Shown: positions 1 through 8,293 of the stretch, one piece after another
Layout of the letters: every line of letters starts with the position of its first letter
Position numbering within the stretch: the first letter of the stretch is position 1
NCBI GenBank assembly: GCA_014729395.1
Contig: WJJZ01000010.1
Location: 23,901-87,900 of the forward strand
DNA from: Candidatus Magasanikiibacteriota bacterium
Lineage (GTDB): Bacteria > Patescibacteriota > Patescibacteriia > Magasanikbacterales > UBA922
Length of the DNA stretch: 64,000 nucleotides
Direction of reading: 5' to 3'
Notes under the pieces: model-generated
Database searches by the model: none
Seen by the model: only the letters and a program-made list of their open reading frames with translations
What the model was told of the DNA's origin: nothing
Program-made: the position numbers and the translations under genes

Positions 1-509
1 TTGAGTTGCATAAACTACTATCAAAAGATGATTTATTACTACAAACAGAAAAGAGAATAAAGCAAACTATATATCTACCTTTGTACGGAAGAGATAAGAC
101 AGTTTTTAAAAAAAGTGGTTTGAATCAGTGGAATGCAGGAGGAAGAGATCGACACCCTAATGAAGTCTATATTCCTATCCCAGCAGAAATTCATAAAAAC
201 TTTCCTGGATTTTTTCCAGGTAGAAATATTTCATTTTCTCTTAAATTACCAAATGGAGAAAAAATGAAATCAAAAGTCTGTCAGGACAACAACAAAGCCC
301 TCATGTCATATTCTAATAGAGAGCTTGGAGAATGGATTTTAAGAGACGTCTTGGAATTAAATGAGGGAGAGCTTTTGACCTATGAAAAGTTACAAACCTT
401 AGGGGTTGATTCCGTAAGAATTGACAAAATTAATAATTCTGAATTTGAAATAAATTTTTCCAAGACAGGAAGTTACGAAAAATTCAGAAGTACTTTTCAA
501 GTTAAGTAA
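1..509 (+). CDS. Restriction endonuclease, C-terminal fragment (ORF open to the left window edge; B3/EcoRII-N-like DNA-recognition domain, NgoFVII/BfiI-like)
   Basis: Frame is open from nt 1 and the first in-frame start is TTG at nt 6. The LNQWNAGGRDRHPNEVYIPIP motif is recalled from memory as resembling NgoFVII/BfiI-family C-terminal domains. It lies tail-to-tail with a C5-MTase and next to vsr. Family assignment is from memory, not a search. Confidence 0.4.
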   Translation, partial: ELHKLLSKDDLLLQTEKRIKQTIYLPLYGRDKTVFKKSGLNQWNAGGRDRHPNEVYIPIPAEIHKNFPGFFPGRNISFSLKLPNGEKMKSKVCQDNNKALMSYSNRELGEWILRDVLELNEGELLTYEKLQTLGVDSVRIDKINNSEFEINFSKTGSYEKFRSTFQVK

Positions 510-517
510 ATCAGCAA

Positions 518-2083
518 CTACTCTATAGCTTTTTTAATTTGTAATGCAATCGATTTTACTACTGGCACACTGACTGAATTTCCAAACTGTTTATATAGCG
601 CAGAATCAGACATATTCTTTGGCAGTTTAAAATCCATTGGAAATCCTTGAATTCTGGCACATTCAAGTGGTGTTAGTTTTCTAATTCCTTTTTTATCTCT
701 GATGATTGGAACATTGTGCCCTCCCATACCCATGTTAGCCGTAAGTGTCGGACAGACTCCTTTTTTATTTTCACGCACATATTTTCTTCGCCACTGGTAT
801 ACCGTTTCTCTGCTTTTAACTTCATCTTTTAACTTTTCATAAAGTGGTTTTCCATTATAATAGTATTTTTCATCCACTTTTTCTTCAAGTAAATCAGTGA
901 TTTTTTTTGTAAGTTTCACAGTGCCAGGAAAGTTAAATTTTTCATAGTGTTTTTTATCCTTGAAGCCAACAATATAAATTCTTTCCCTATTTTGAGGAAC
1001 ATTCCCATATTCCATGCTATTCAAAACTTTTGATTTTACATGATAACCAAGATCTTCAAGTGTCTCTAATATGATTCTAAATGTTTTTCCCTTATCATGT
1101 CCTTTTAGATTTTTCACATTTTCAAGCATAAACCCCATTGGCTGTTTTTCTTTCAAAATACGAGCAACATCATAAAACAAATTTCCCCTCCCTTTTTCAT
1201 CATCAAACCCCTGTCTATAACCAGCAATCGAGAAAGCTTGACATGGAAATCCCCCGAGTAAAAAATCAAAATCAGGAAGTTTTTTTTCATTTATCTTTTG
1301 TATATCCTCAACGAACAATTTTGTTCCATCAAAATTTAAATCATACGTATCTTTACATTGTGATTCAAAATCATTTGCAAAAACAGTTTCAAAACCAGCT
1401 TCTTCAAAACCTAACCTTATTCCCCCCACTCCTGCAAATAAATCGATTGTTTTGAAAAGTTTTGTTTTTGGTAACTGTTTTCCAAAATCTCTAATAATTT
1501 TTACTACAACCCCTTGTACTTCAACTTCTTTACGAAACATCGGTAACAAATTTTGATTTGCTGGTTGCAGTCTAAATTTATTTTTTTCACGGTATATTTT
1601 TTTAAGCGTCGCCTCATCTTTATCTATCAAAGCAACAACGGTCTGTCCATTGTCAGCAGAATCTTGTTTCTTTAAAACTACAACATCACCATCAAAAATT
1701 CCATCTTCAACCATACTATCACCGGCAACTCTCAAAGCGTATAGTTGTTCTGGATCAAAATAAGTATCTCTAGCTATGTTAATAGTTTCGCCCTTCGTCT
1801 CAAGAGCTTCAATTGGCTGACCAGCAGCGATTGTACCAACAAGTGGAATATCTATAGAATCCACTTTACCAGGTTTTCTGACACCAAGACCCCGTGTGGC
1901 ATTTTCATCTTTAGTAATGTATCCTTTTTCGATCAACGCATTTACATGTTGATAAACACCCGACAAGGCCTTCAACTTTAGATGTTTCCTCAACTCCTCA
2001 AAAGTTGGCGAGAAACCTTTTTTTTCTATAAATGACTCGATGTAATCTAAAATTTGTTTTTGTCTTTTTGTAAGATTTGGCAT
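518..2083 (-). CDS. LexA-like repressor (wHTH + S24 self-cleaving peptidase) fused to DNA (cytosine-5)-methyltransferase
   Basis: Residues 1-200 align end-to-end with LexA: LTKRQ..GYI wHTH, IPLVGTIAAGQPI with the Ala-Gly site, GDSM Ser and ATLKK Lys. Residues 205-521 carry C5-MTase motif I DLFAGVGG, IV GFPCQAFS, VI ENV, VIII QNRER and X GNSVSV. Confidence 0.85.
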   Translation of the reverse strand: MPNLTKRQKQILDYIESFIEKKGFSPTFEELRKHLKLKALSGVYQHVNALIEKGYITKDENATRGLGVRKPGKVDSIDIPLVGTIAAGQPIEALETKGETINIARDTYFDPEQLYALRVAGDSMVEDGIFDGDVVVLKKQDSADNGQTVVALIDKDEATLKKIYREKNKFRLQPANQNLLPMFRKEVEVQGVVVKIIRDFGKQLPKTKLFKTIDLFAGVGGIRLGFEEAGFETVFANDFESQCKDTYDLNFDGTKLFVEDIQKINEKKLPDFDFLLGGFPCQAFSIAGYRQGFDDEKGRGNLFYDVARILKEKQPMGFMLENVKNLKGHDKGKTFRIILETLEDLGYHVKSKVLNSMEYGNVPQNRERIYIVGFKDKKHYEKFNFPGTVKLTKKITDLLEEKVDEKYYYNGKPLYEKLKDEVKSRETVYQWRRKYVRENKKGVCPTLTANMGMGGHNVPIIRDKKGIRKLTPLECARIQGFPMDFKLPKNMSDSALYKQFGNSVSVPVVKSIALQIKKAIE

Positions 2084-2175
2084 ATTATATTTTTGACTGA
2101 TTACACTACTTGGTACTATAATATATATTATACCGAAAATTAACAGAATAAAAAAGCTCTAATTATCCACACTCC

Positions 2176-2589
2176 ATGGCCGACTGCTTTACAAAAGAAA
2201 AAAGGAGTGAAGTAATGTCGAAAATAAGAAGCAAAGAGACTGAAATAGAAAAAATGGTATTCAGACACTTGAGAAAAAATAAAATTTATTTTCAAAAGCA
2301 CTATAACAAGGCTCCTGGCAAACCCGACATTGCACTACCCCAAAAAAAGAAAGCTGTATTTATTGACGGCGACTTTTGGCATGGCTGGCAATTTTCAAAG
2401 AAAAAAAGAAAACTGCCCAAAAAGTATTGGTTACAAAAGATTGAAGGCAATATCAAGCGTGATAAAAAAAATCGCGCTAAGCTTAAGCGGGATGGGTGGA
2501 AAGTTTTAAGGGTTTGGGAGCATCAATTAAAAAAAGAGGGGGGAAAATATCTGGAAAAAATTACTAAATTTTTAAAAAATTCAATATGA
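2176..2589 (+). CDS. vsr: Very short patch repair endonuclease Vsr (T:G mismatch endonuclease partnered with m5C methylases)
   Basis: TKEKRSEVMSKIRSK N-terminus plus PGKPDIALP and FIDGDFWHGW motifs characteristic of Vsr; divergent from the C5-MTase. Confidence 0.8.
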   Translation: MADCFTKEKRSEVMSKIRSKETEIEKMVFRHLRKNKIYFQKHYNKAPGKPDIALPQKKKAVFIDGDFWHGWQFSKKKRKLPKKYWLQKIEGNIKRDKKNRAKLKRDGWKVLRVWEHQLKKEGGKYLEKITKFLKNSI

Positions 2590-2595
2590 AAAAAT

Positions 2596-3492
2596 ATGAT
2601 TACCTCTCACTATGCGTTCTCAGATGACTCTTGTCATGTCAATGGAAGATATAATAGCCTTGCTCTGGTCAGCCTTCAAAAAAAAGACCTAGAAGCAATT
2701 TCGAATTCATTTGTGGAACTACTTAATGAGTCTGGAATAAAAAAAGAATTTAAATGGGAAAAAGTAAAAAATGCAAAATATCGTTTAGCAGGCGAGAAAA
2801 TTATAAATTTAGTATTTAAATATCAAGCAAAATTAAGAATAGATGTTGTTATCTGGGATTTGGAAGATCAGCGTCATAAAAACATAAAAGGTTGTGATGA
2901 TGCAGAAAATTTAGTTAGAATGTATTATCATTTGGTTTCAACAACTCTTTCACGAAAATGGCCAGTGGCTAATAATTGTTGGCGGTGGCATCCAGACAAA
3001 CAATCTTCTGTATGTTGGAATTTATTGCAGGATTGTATAACTACAAAAAAACATCATCGCACTGCGGATTTATTAAATCAAAATCCAAATTTTGAACAAG
3101 TTAATCTAAAAAGTGTAATACCATCGGAATCATGTAAATATCCATTGATACAGCTAGCAGATTTATTTGCTGGAATGGGCTCATATTCTTATGGCCACAA
3201 TGAATTATATAAAATTTGGAAAAATCAAAATACACGACAAATATCCATGTTTGATGTACCAAAACATAAATTTAGCAATGGAGAAATGGAAAAATTCACT
3301 TTGTTGAGTAAATTTGATAAAATATCTAAAGAAAACAAATTAAAAATTGCCTTACTATCAACCTGCGGATTAAAATCACATAATCCGAACTGTTTTGTTA
3401 ACTTTTGGCCGTACACTCCACAACACAAGTTTGACAAAGCACCAACGAAAATTAGAATGTGTGATTGTTATCGAAAAGATTCACCCCTTTAA
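2596..3492 (+). CDS. DUF3800-family protein
   Basis: Size about 300 aa and a QLADLFAG motif typical of DUF3800. Embedded in the R-M/Mrr cluster. Confidence 0.45.
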   Translation: MITSHYAFSDDSCHVNGRYNSLALVSLQKKDLEAISNSFVELLNESGIKKEFKWEKVKNAKYRLAGEKIINLVFKYQAKLRIDVVIWDLEDQRHKNIKGCDDAENLVRMYYHLVSTTLSRKWPVANNCWRWHPDKQSSVCWNLLQDCITTKKHHRTADLLNQNPNFEQVNLKSVIPSESCKYPLIQLADLFAGMGSYSYGHNELYKIWKNQNTRQISMFDVPKHKFSNGEMEKFTLLSKFDKISKENKLKIALLSTCGLKSHNPNCFVNFWPYTPQHKFDKAPTKIRMCDCYRKDSPL

Positions 3493-3532
3493 ACCTTCTC
3501 CCTCTATAATTAGAAAAAATAAATAATAAAAT

Positions 3533-4429
3533 ATGTCAATGCCAAAATTTGAAGAAACTATGCTACCAATACTCAAAGTTTTACGAAACGAAAAAGTTAT
3601 GTCTATGCAAGAACTAGCTGACGAACTCTTAGAAAACTACTTTAACTTAACAGAAGAAGAAAAGAAAGAGACTGTCTCAAATGGGTACAGTCGCTTTTTT
3701 GATCGTGTCAGCTGGGGGAGAACATATTTAAAAAAGGCCGGCTTATTAGAACAACCAGAGAGAAGCAAAGTTAAAATAACAAAAGAAGGTATAAAGGTTG
3801 TTTCATCTGGGATAGATGCAATTGATGTAAATTTTTTAAATCAGTACCCTTCGTTCATCGCTTTTTTAGCAGGAGGTAAACAAAAAACAAAACAAGAGGT
3901 GGGAGAAGCTATCATAAAGCAATTTTCTCCACAAGATATGGTTGATTTAGGTTTTCAAGATATCCAAGAAACATTAAAAAGCGATCTTTTGGAAAAGTTG
4001 TATAGTACAAATCCCTACTTTTTTGAAAAGGTGGTTTTAATTTTATTTCAAAAAATGGGGTATGGAGATTTTCAGGAAACATCAAAAACTGGAGATGGCG
4101 GTATAGATGGCATAATTAGTCAGGATAAATTAGGGCTAGAAAAAATATTTATTCAAGCAAAAAGATATGCTGAAGATAACAAAGTTAGAGAACCAGCAAT
4201 TAGAAATTTTATAGGTGCGATGAGTCGCGACGTTAGTAAGGGTATTTTTGTTACAACATCCACCTTTGATGAAGCAGCTGTTAAGAAAGCACGAGACGCA
4301 AACCATAAAATAATTTTGATTGATGGAGAAAAATTGACAGAATTGATGATAAAAAATAGTGTTGGCGTTCAAGTTAAAACGGTATATCAAGTAAAGGAAA
4401 TCGATAATGATTTCTTTGAAGAAGGGTAA
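3533..4429 (+). CDS. mrr: Mrr-family type IV (modification-dependent) restriction endonuclease
   Basis: N-terminal winged-helix region followed by the Mrr catalytic core: GDGGIDGII, IFIQAKRY, GIFVTTSTFD and ILIDGEKL. Confidence 0.8.
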   Translation: MSMPKFEETMLPILKVLRNEKVMSMQELADELLENYFNLTEEEKKETVSNGYSRFFDRVSWGRTYLKKAGLLEQPERSKVKITKEGIKVVSSGIDAIDVNFLNQYPSFIAFLAGGKQKTKQEVGEAIIKQFSPQDMVDLGFQDIQETLKSDLLEKLYSTNPYFFEKVVLILFQKMGYGDFQETSKTGDGGIDGIISQDKLGLEKIFIQAKRYAEDNKVREPAIRNFIGAMSRDVSKGIFVTTSTFDEAAVKKARDANHKIILIDGEKLTELMIKNSVGVQVKTVYQVKEIDNDFFEEG

Positions 4430-4452
4430 ATCATGTCAGATTATCAATATTC

Positions 4453-4466
4453 GCCCCCCCACCCCC
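4453..4466. repeat. Homopolymeric C7-A-C5 tract 38 nt upstream of the start codon at 4504
   Basis: cgcccccccaccccctcac in an otherwise AT-rich intergenic region. Confidence 0.6.
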
Positions 4467-4503
4467 TCACAAAAAAACAAACTAACCACCATAACCACAC
4501 TAT

Positions 4504-4992
4504 ATGAACGAAAAAAACTCTGAATGTTGTCCAAAATTTAACCCTGAAAAATGGGATGAAAAAACATTCAACTGGGATAATAAAAAATTTATAAAAGAAA
4601 GCCTGCCGACCTTTTTCCATATGCCTTTTCCACCCATGATCGCCAAAAAAATAACCAAAATGTGGAAAATGGCGGAAAAAGCCCAAAAAACCGAAGAAAA
4701 CAAAGAAGATGTTTTGATTTTATTTACAGATCCGCATCCTTTTAAATCGGAAATGTATTTATCTGTAACAGGTGAAGTGCCGCAGGCAAACAACACAGAA
4801 ATTTCCGGGAATTTTATTGCCAAAGTCTTTGACGGCCAATACAACGCCATCCCAAAATTTATGAAAGAAATGAACGAGTACCTGGATAAAAAAGGCAAAA
4901 AGGCAAAAAAATATTATATTCATTATGCTTATTGCCCCAAGTGTGCCAAAAAATTCGGCAATAATTATATGATCTTATTTGCTCAAGTTTAA
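4504..4992 (+). CDS. Hypothetical Cys-rich protein (paired CC..CPKC, possible Zn site)
   Basis: ORF with N-terminal ECCPKF and C-terminal YCPKCAKKF; no family recognised. Confidence 0.35.
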   Translation: MNEKNSECCPKFNPEKWDEKTFNWDNKKFIKESLPTFFHMPFPPMIAKKITKMWKMAEKAQKTEENKEDVLILFTDPHPFKSEMYLSVTGEVPQANNTEISGNFIAKVFDGQYNAIPKFMKEMNEYLDKKGKKAKKYYIHYAYCPKCAKKFGNNYMILFAQV

Positions 4993-4995
4993 AAT

Positions 4996-5376
4996 ATGAA
5001 AAAAATCACAAAAATTGCAGTTATCTTATCTATAGTTATAATTTCCGTAGTTGTAATTTTAAGAATTGGATCTTTTATGTCTCACCAAGCTCCTGTCGGA
5101 GGCAAATTTATATCACAAGTAGGTAGCGATACTCATGTTTATAACATGACTCAAAAAGAAATCGGCTCTCTACATAGTGATTATATGTGGCAAAGCCTGG
5201 TTCGGGGAATGCCCGGTTTTTTTCAATTGTGGACAAAATACAATATCAAGCGCATTGAAATACTTGATATCAATTTTGATGATGAAAATAACTGTGGCTT
5301 TTTTCATGTCAACACTTATACTAGATTCAATCGCCTAAAATCTGATAATCTGAGAGTTAGTGAACCCTGTCCATAA
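4996..5376 (+). CDS. Hypothetical protein with N-terminal transmembrane anchor
   Basis: ORF with hydrophobic N-terminus IAVILSIVIISVVVIL. Confidence 0.35.
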   Translation: MKKITKIAVILSIVIISVVVILRIGSFMSHQAPVGGKFISQVGSDTHVYNMTQKEIGSLHSDYMWQSLVRGMPGFFQLWTKYNIKRIEILDINFDDENNCGFFHVNTYTRFNRLKSDNLRVSEPCP

Positions 5377-5533
5377 GAATAACTTATTAAATTAGATAGC
5401 AGCAATTATCCGGAGAAATAAATGATAAATTCTTGTTTATTTTAAACACTTTAATTGAGCTTTTTCTATTTTTCTTTCATAAAAAAAGAATCCCCCGCAG
5501 TGTTTACAGTACCACGGGGGATGTTTATTTGAG

Positions 5534-5561
5534 CGGCCTCCTTTTTTTTTGGCCGTTTTTT
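5534..5561 (+). terminator. Hairpin CGGCC..GGCCG followed by a T-run
   Basis: cggcctcctttttttttggccgtttttt; downstream of the + gene ending at 5376. Confidence 0.35.
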
Positions 5562-5563
5562 GT

Positions 5564-5700
5564 AAAAAAAGGGCCCGCAGGCCCTTGTTAGCGCCGTAGC
5601 GTGCCCCTTTTTGCCTTCATAAAGGCGAGGCGGGACGGTGCGACCATCACCAAGAACCTCAACCATTAGTAAGATAACTATAGCATAAAAATCATTTTTT
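5564..5700 (-). ncRNA. Candidate structured small RNA, minus strand, unassigned family
   Basis: GC-rich stretch in an AT-rich genome containing stems GGUG..CACC, GCCUU..AAGGC and GCGC..GGCGC. It ends in a minus-strand intrinsic terminator (GGGCCUGCGGGCCC + U7 at 5584-5564). A second minus-strand terminator (CCCCCG..CGGGGG + AUUCUUUUUUU) sits at 5520-5482. Confidence 0.25.
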
Positions 5701-5865
5701 GTCAAGGTCCTACACCCTATGAACCAAAAACTTCTCAAATAATGCAATAAATGTAAATTTAACACCATAAAACAGTCGATATGCGATTTATCTTTGACTC
5801 GCTACTTTCGCCCGGATTTACTTAAATTTTGATTAATTTTTCGGTGTCGGCTATACTGAAATAAT

Positions 5866-6432
5866 ATGAAAAAACATTTTTTCAACAAAGCATTGCGAGT
5901 ATTATTATCAACCAATGCCATGATTTTGCTAGCTGCCGCCATGTTGGGTCCGATTTATGCACTTTTTGTAACGGAAATCGGTGGTGATTTAATGGACGCA
6001 AGTATTGCCGGAGGTATCTTTGCCTTTGTTGCCGGTCTTGTAACATTAATTTCAGGGAAATATAGTGATAGAGTAAAAGAAAACGAACTTATAGTTGTGT
6101 TGGGATATTTTATTATGGGATTGGGTTTTTTACTATATTTCTGGGTATCTTCAATAATCTTTTTATTTATTGTTCAGGCAATTATCGGTCTCGGAGAGGC
6201 AATTTACTCACCTGCTTTTGATGCTGTATATTCCAAACACATTGACGGACATAAATCCGGAACCCAGTGGGGAGTTTGGGAATCCATGAATTACTTTGCA
6301 ACCGCAATTGGGGCGGTGGTAGGCGGGGGCTTGGCCACGTTATTCGGCTTTAGAGCATTATTTATTATAATGGCAATACTCTGCTTTAGCAGTGGATTGT
6401 ATATTTATAGATTAAAGCGTAGTGTATTATAA
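5866..6432 (+). CDS. MFS-type half-size (about 6 TM) transporter
   Basis: Hydrophobic helices throughout; the MFS motif-A-like GKYSDRV loop lies between TM2 and TM3. Confidence 0.45.
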   Translation: MKKHFFNKALRVLLSTNAMILLAAAMLGPIYALFVTEIGGDLMDASIAGGIFAFVAGLVTLISGKYSDRVKENELIVVLGYFIMGLGFLLYFWVSSIIFLFIVQAIIGLGEAIYSPAFDAVYSKHIDGHKSGTQWGVWESMNYFATAIGAVVGGGLATLFGFRALFIIMAILCFSSGLYIYRLKRSVL

Positions 6433-6437
6433 AAAAT

Positions 6438-7460
6438 ATGAAAGAATCAAAAAGATACGAACCAGGATCCCCGGAAATAGCAGAAAAAGAAAACAAACCA
6501 ATCGAAATAAGACCGGAATTGCGTCAATTTTTTGAATCGGATGCTCAAGGTAGATTTTTAAACAATTTGTATACAAAAACTACAGATTGTCCCGGTTATG
6601 AGGGTGCAAAAATTCCACCATTGCGTTTAGGTAAAAATGAAGAAGATATTATGGAAGATACTGAATGCTGTCGCTATGTATATCCGGATTACAACAACCC
6701 CATTTACGACGAATCCGGAATGGATATCGGATACACTGAGATAAAAATCAAAGGAGGTCTAAAAGAATATATTATTTACGCTCCAAAGGGAAAACCGCCA
6801 CTATATGTTTTTGACAACCACAATCATGCACTTTTTGCATGGCAAGAATGCAAAGATGCGGGTTTATTATCGGACGAATCCGTACTATTACGCTTTGACG
6901 ACCACTTAGATATGAGTAGAGTTAAACCACATCATATTGGAAAACTTTCAAGAAACAAAATTAGAGAAAATTTTAGCAATAACAGCCTGACAGGAATAGA
7001 TATTGAAAATTTTACACGTTTTGCATTTGAAGACGGACTTATCAATGAAATGCTATTTATTCATGGAAGATTATCGAAAAAAAGTGACGAGCACATGTTC
7101 AATAAAAATAATCAATTACATGATTTAAATGCAGATGAAAAATTTAAGTTTCTTTCTCCGGTTTTATTTGACAAAGGACTAGATGGGTTTAAAAAGTCCT
7201 TAAAAAAAATAAAAGATAGCGGTAAAGACATAATACTGGATATTGATTTTGACGTATTTACAAAAGATTTAAGCGAAGATAAAACCCTTTTACTTGAACA
7301 GGCAATGCGTGAAGCTATTAATTTTGCGCAAGTTATTACATGCGCGACAAGTCCGGGGTACGGCAACCACACAGACAATACCAAAAGAGTAAAAAAATTT
7401 GTGAAAAATTATCTTGAGAACAAAATAGACAAAAAACAGGATAGTCAATATAATAGATGA
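6438..7460 (+). CDS. Putative metal-dependent hydrolase with arginase/deacetylase-like metal-ligand pattern (UPF0489-like)
   Basis: Spaced motifs FDNHNHA, RFDDHLD and LDIDFDVF resemble the arginase-fold H/D metal ligands. Assignment is by pattern only. Confidence 0.3.
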   Translation: MKESKRYEPGSPEIAEKENKPIEIRPELRQFFESDAQGRFLNNLYTKTTDCPGYEGAKIPPLRLGKNEEDIMEDTECCRYVYPDYNNPIYDESGMDIGYTEIKIKGGLKEYIIYAPKGKPPLYVFDNHNHALFAWQECKDAGLLSDESVLLRFDDHLDMSRVKPHHIGKLSRNKIRENFSNNSLTGIDIENFTRFAFEDGLINEMLFIHGRLSKKSDEHMFNKNNQLHDLNADEKFKFLSPVLFDKGLDGFKKSLKKIKDSGKDIILDIDFDVFTKDLSEDKTLLLEQAMREAINFAQVITCATSPGYGNHTDNTKRVKKFVKNYLENKIDKKQDSQYNR

Positions 7461-7632
7461 AAGGCCTACCATAATATATACACAAAAATATTTATCATTA
7501 AAATCTTTACGGACAAATCTCTATAATATTTTTTTACTATAGTTTAGGATTTAAAACGCTTAATAAGATTCAACAATCATAATCTGTAATAAAGTATATA
7601 AATAAATAACTAATTCATAAATAAAAAGACTT

Positions 7633-8130
7633 ATGGAACAAGAAAAAACAAATTTGGGCATACTAATCCTCGCAGTCATAATCACAGCGATAGTTGTGGG
7701 TACGGGCGTTTATTACTTTCTCAATAAATCTAATGAACCAAACAAACCTGTTTACGAAAATAAAAATGAAGTAGAAACAACAACAGCAAACACCTATCAA
7801 ACTTCGCAAAAATCATTAATTGATTATTACGAAACAAGAGTTGACCGTGAAACACTTGGAGAAAATGATAATTTCTTGATGAAGACTCCAGATGAATTAG
7901 GATTTAAAGAAATTGCCAAAATAAAAATTGAATGCCCGGAAAATCCTGATGGACCATGCGGAGGTAATTTATTAATTTTATCACAAAAATCCCTACATTC
8001 AGGTATTCAAGAATTTTATTTTGCACAAGCAGGTGGTGCCGGTTATACCTATTACGGACCATTCTTTGACGACTTGGAAAGACTGGTTGAGGAAAGCAAG
8101 TCGATCGAATCTCTTACAGAAATTTACTAA
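7633..8130 (+). CDS. Hypothetical membrane-anchored protein
   Basis: N-terminal TM segment LGILILAVIITAIVVGTGVYYFL. Confidence 0.35.
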   Translation: MEQEKTNLGILILAVIITAIVVGTGVYYFLNKSNEPNKPVYENKNEVETTTANTYQTSQKSLIDYYETRVDRETLGENDNFLMKTPDELGFKEIAKIKIECPENPDGPCGGNLLILSQKSLHSGIQEFYFAQAGGAGYTYYGPFFDDLERLVEESKSIESLTEIY

Positions 8131-8293
8131 AATCACTGATACCGGCAAAACAATAATAACCGACAGCAATCTATTATACTGATGTCATGCTTCAGTTGTG
8201 CCCGATCGTAGATATATGAAATCTATTAAGTTGAGCTTGGATTTATTTATTCCCAGGTACTAAACCCTCTATTTTAATAAATCATACTAATTT

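Noticed and set aside
1138-1981. Plus-strand ORFs 1138-1455 and 1745-1981
   Set aside because: They are antisense inside the well-supported LexA-MTase gene; low-complexity translations.
5466-5768. 100-aa minus-strand ORF
   Set aside because: It runs through three GC-rich terminator-like hairpins and has no recognisable features; the region is more plausibly non-coding RNA.
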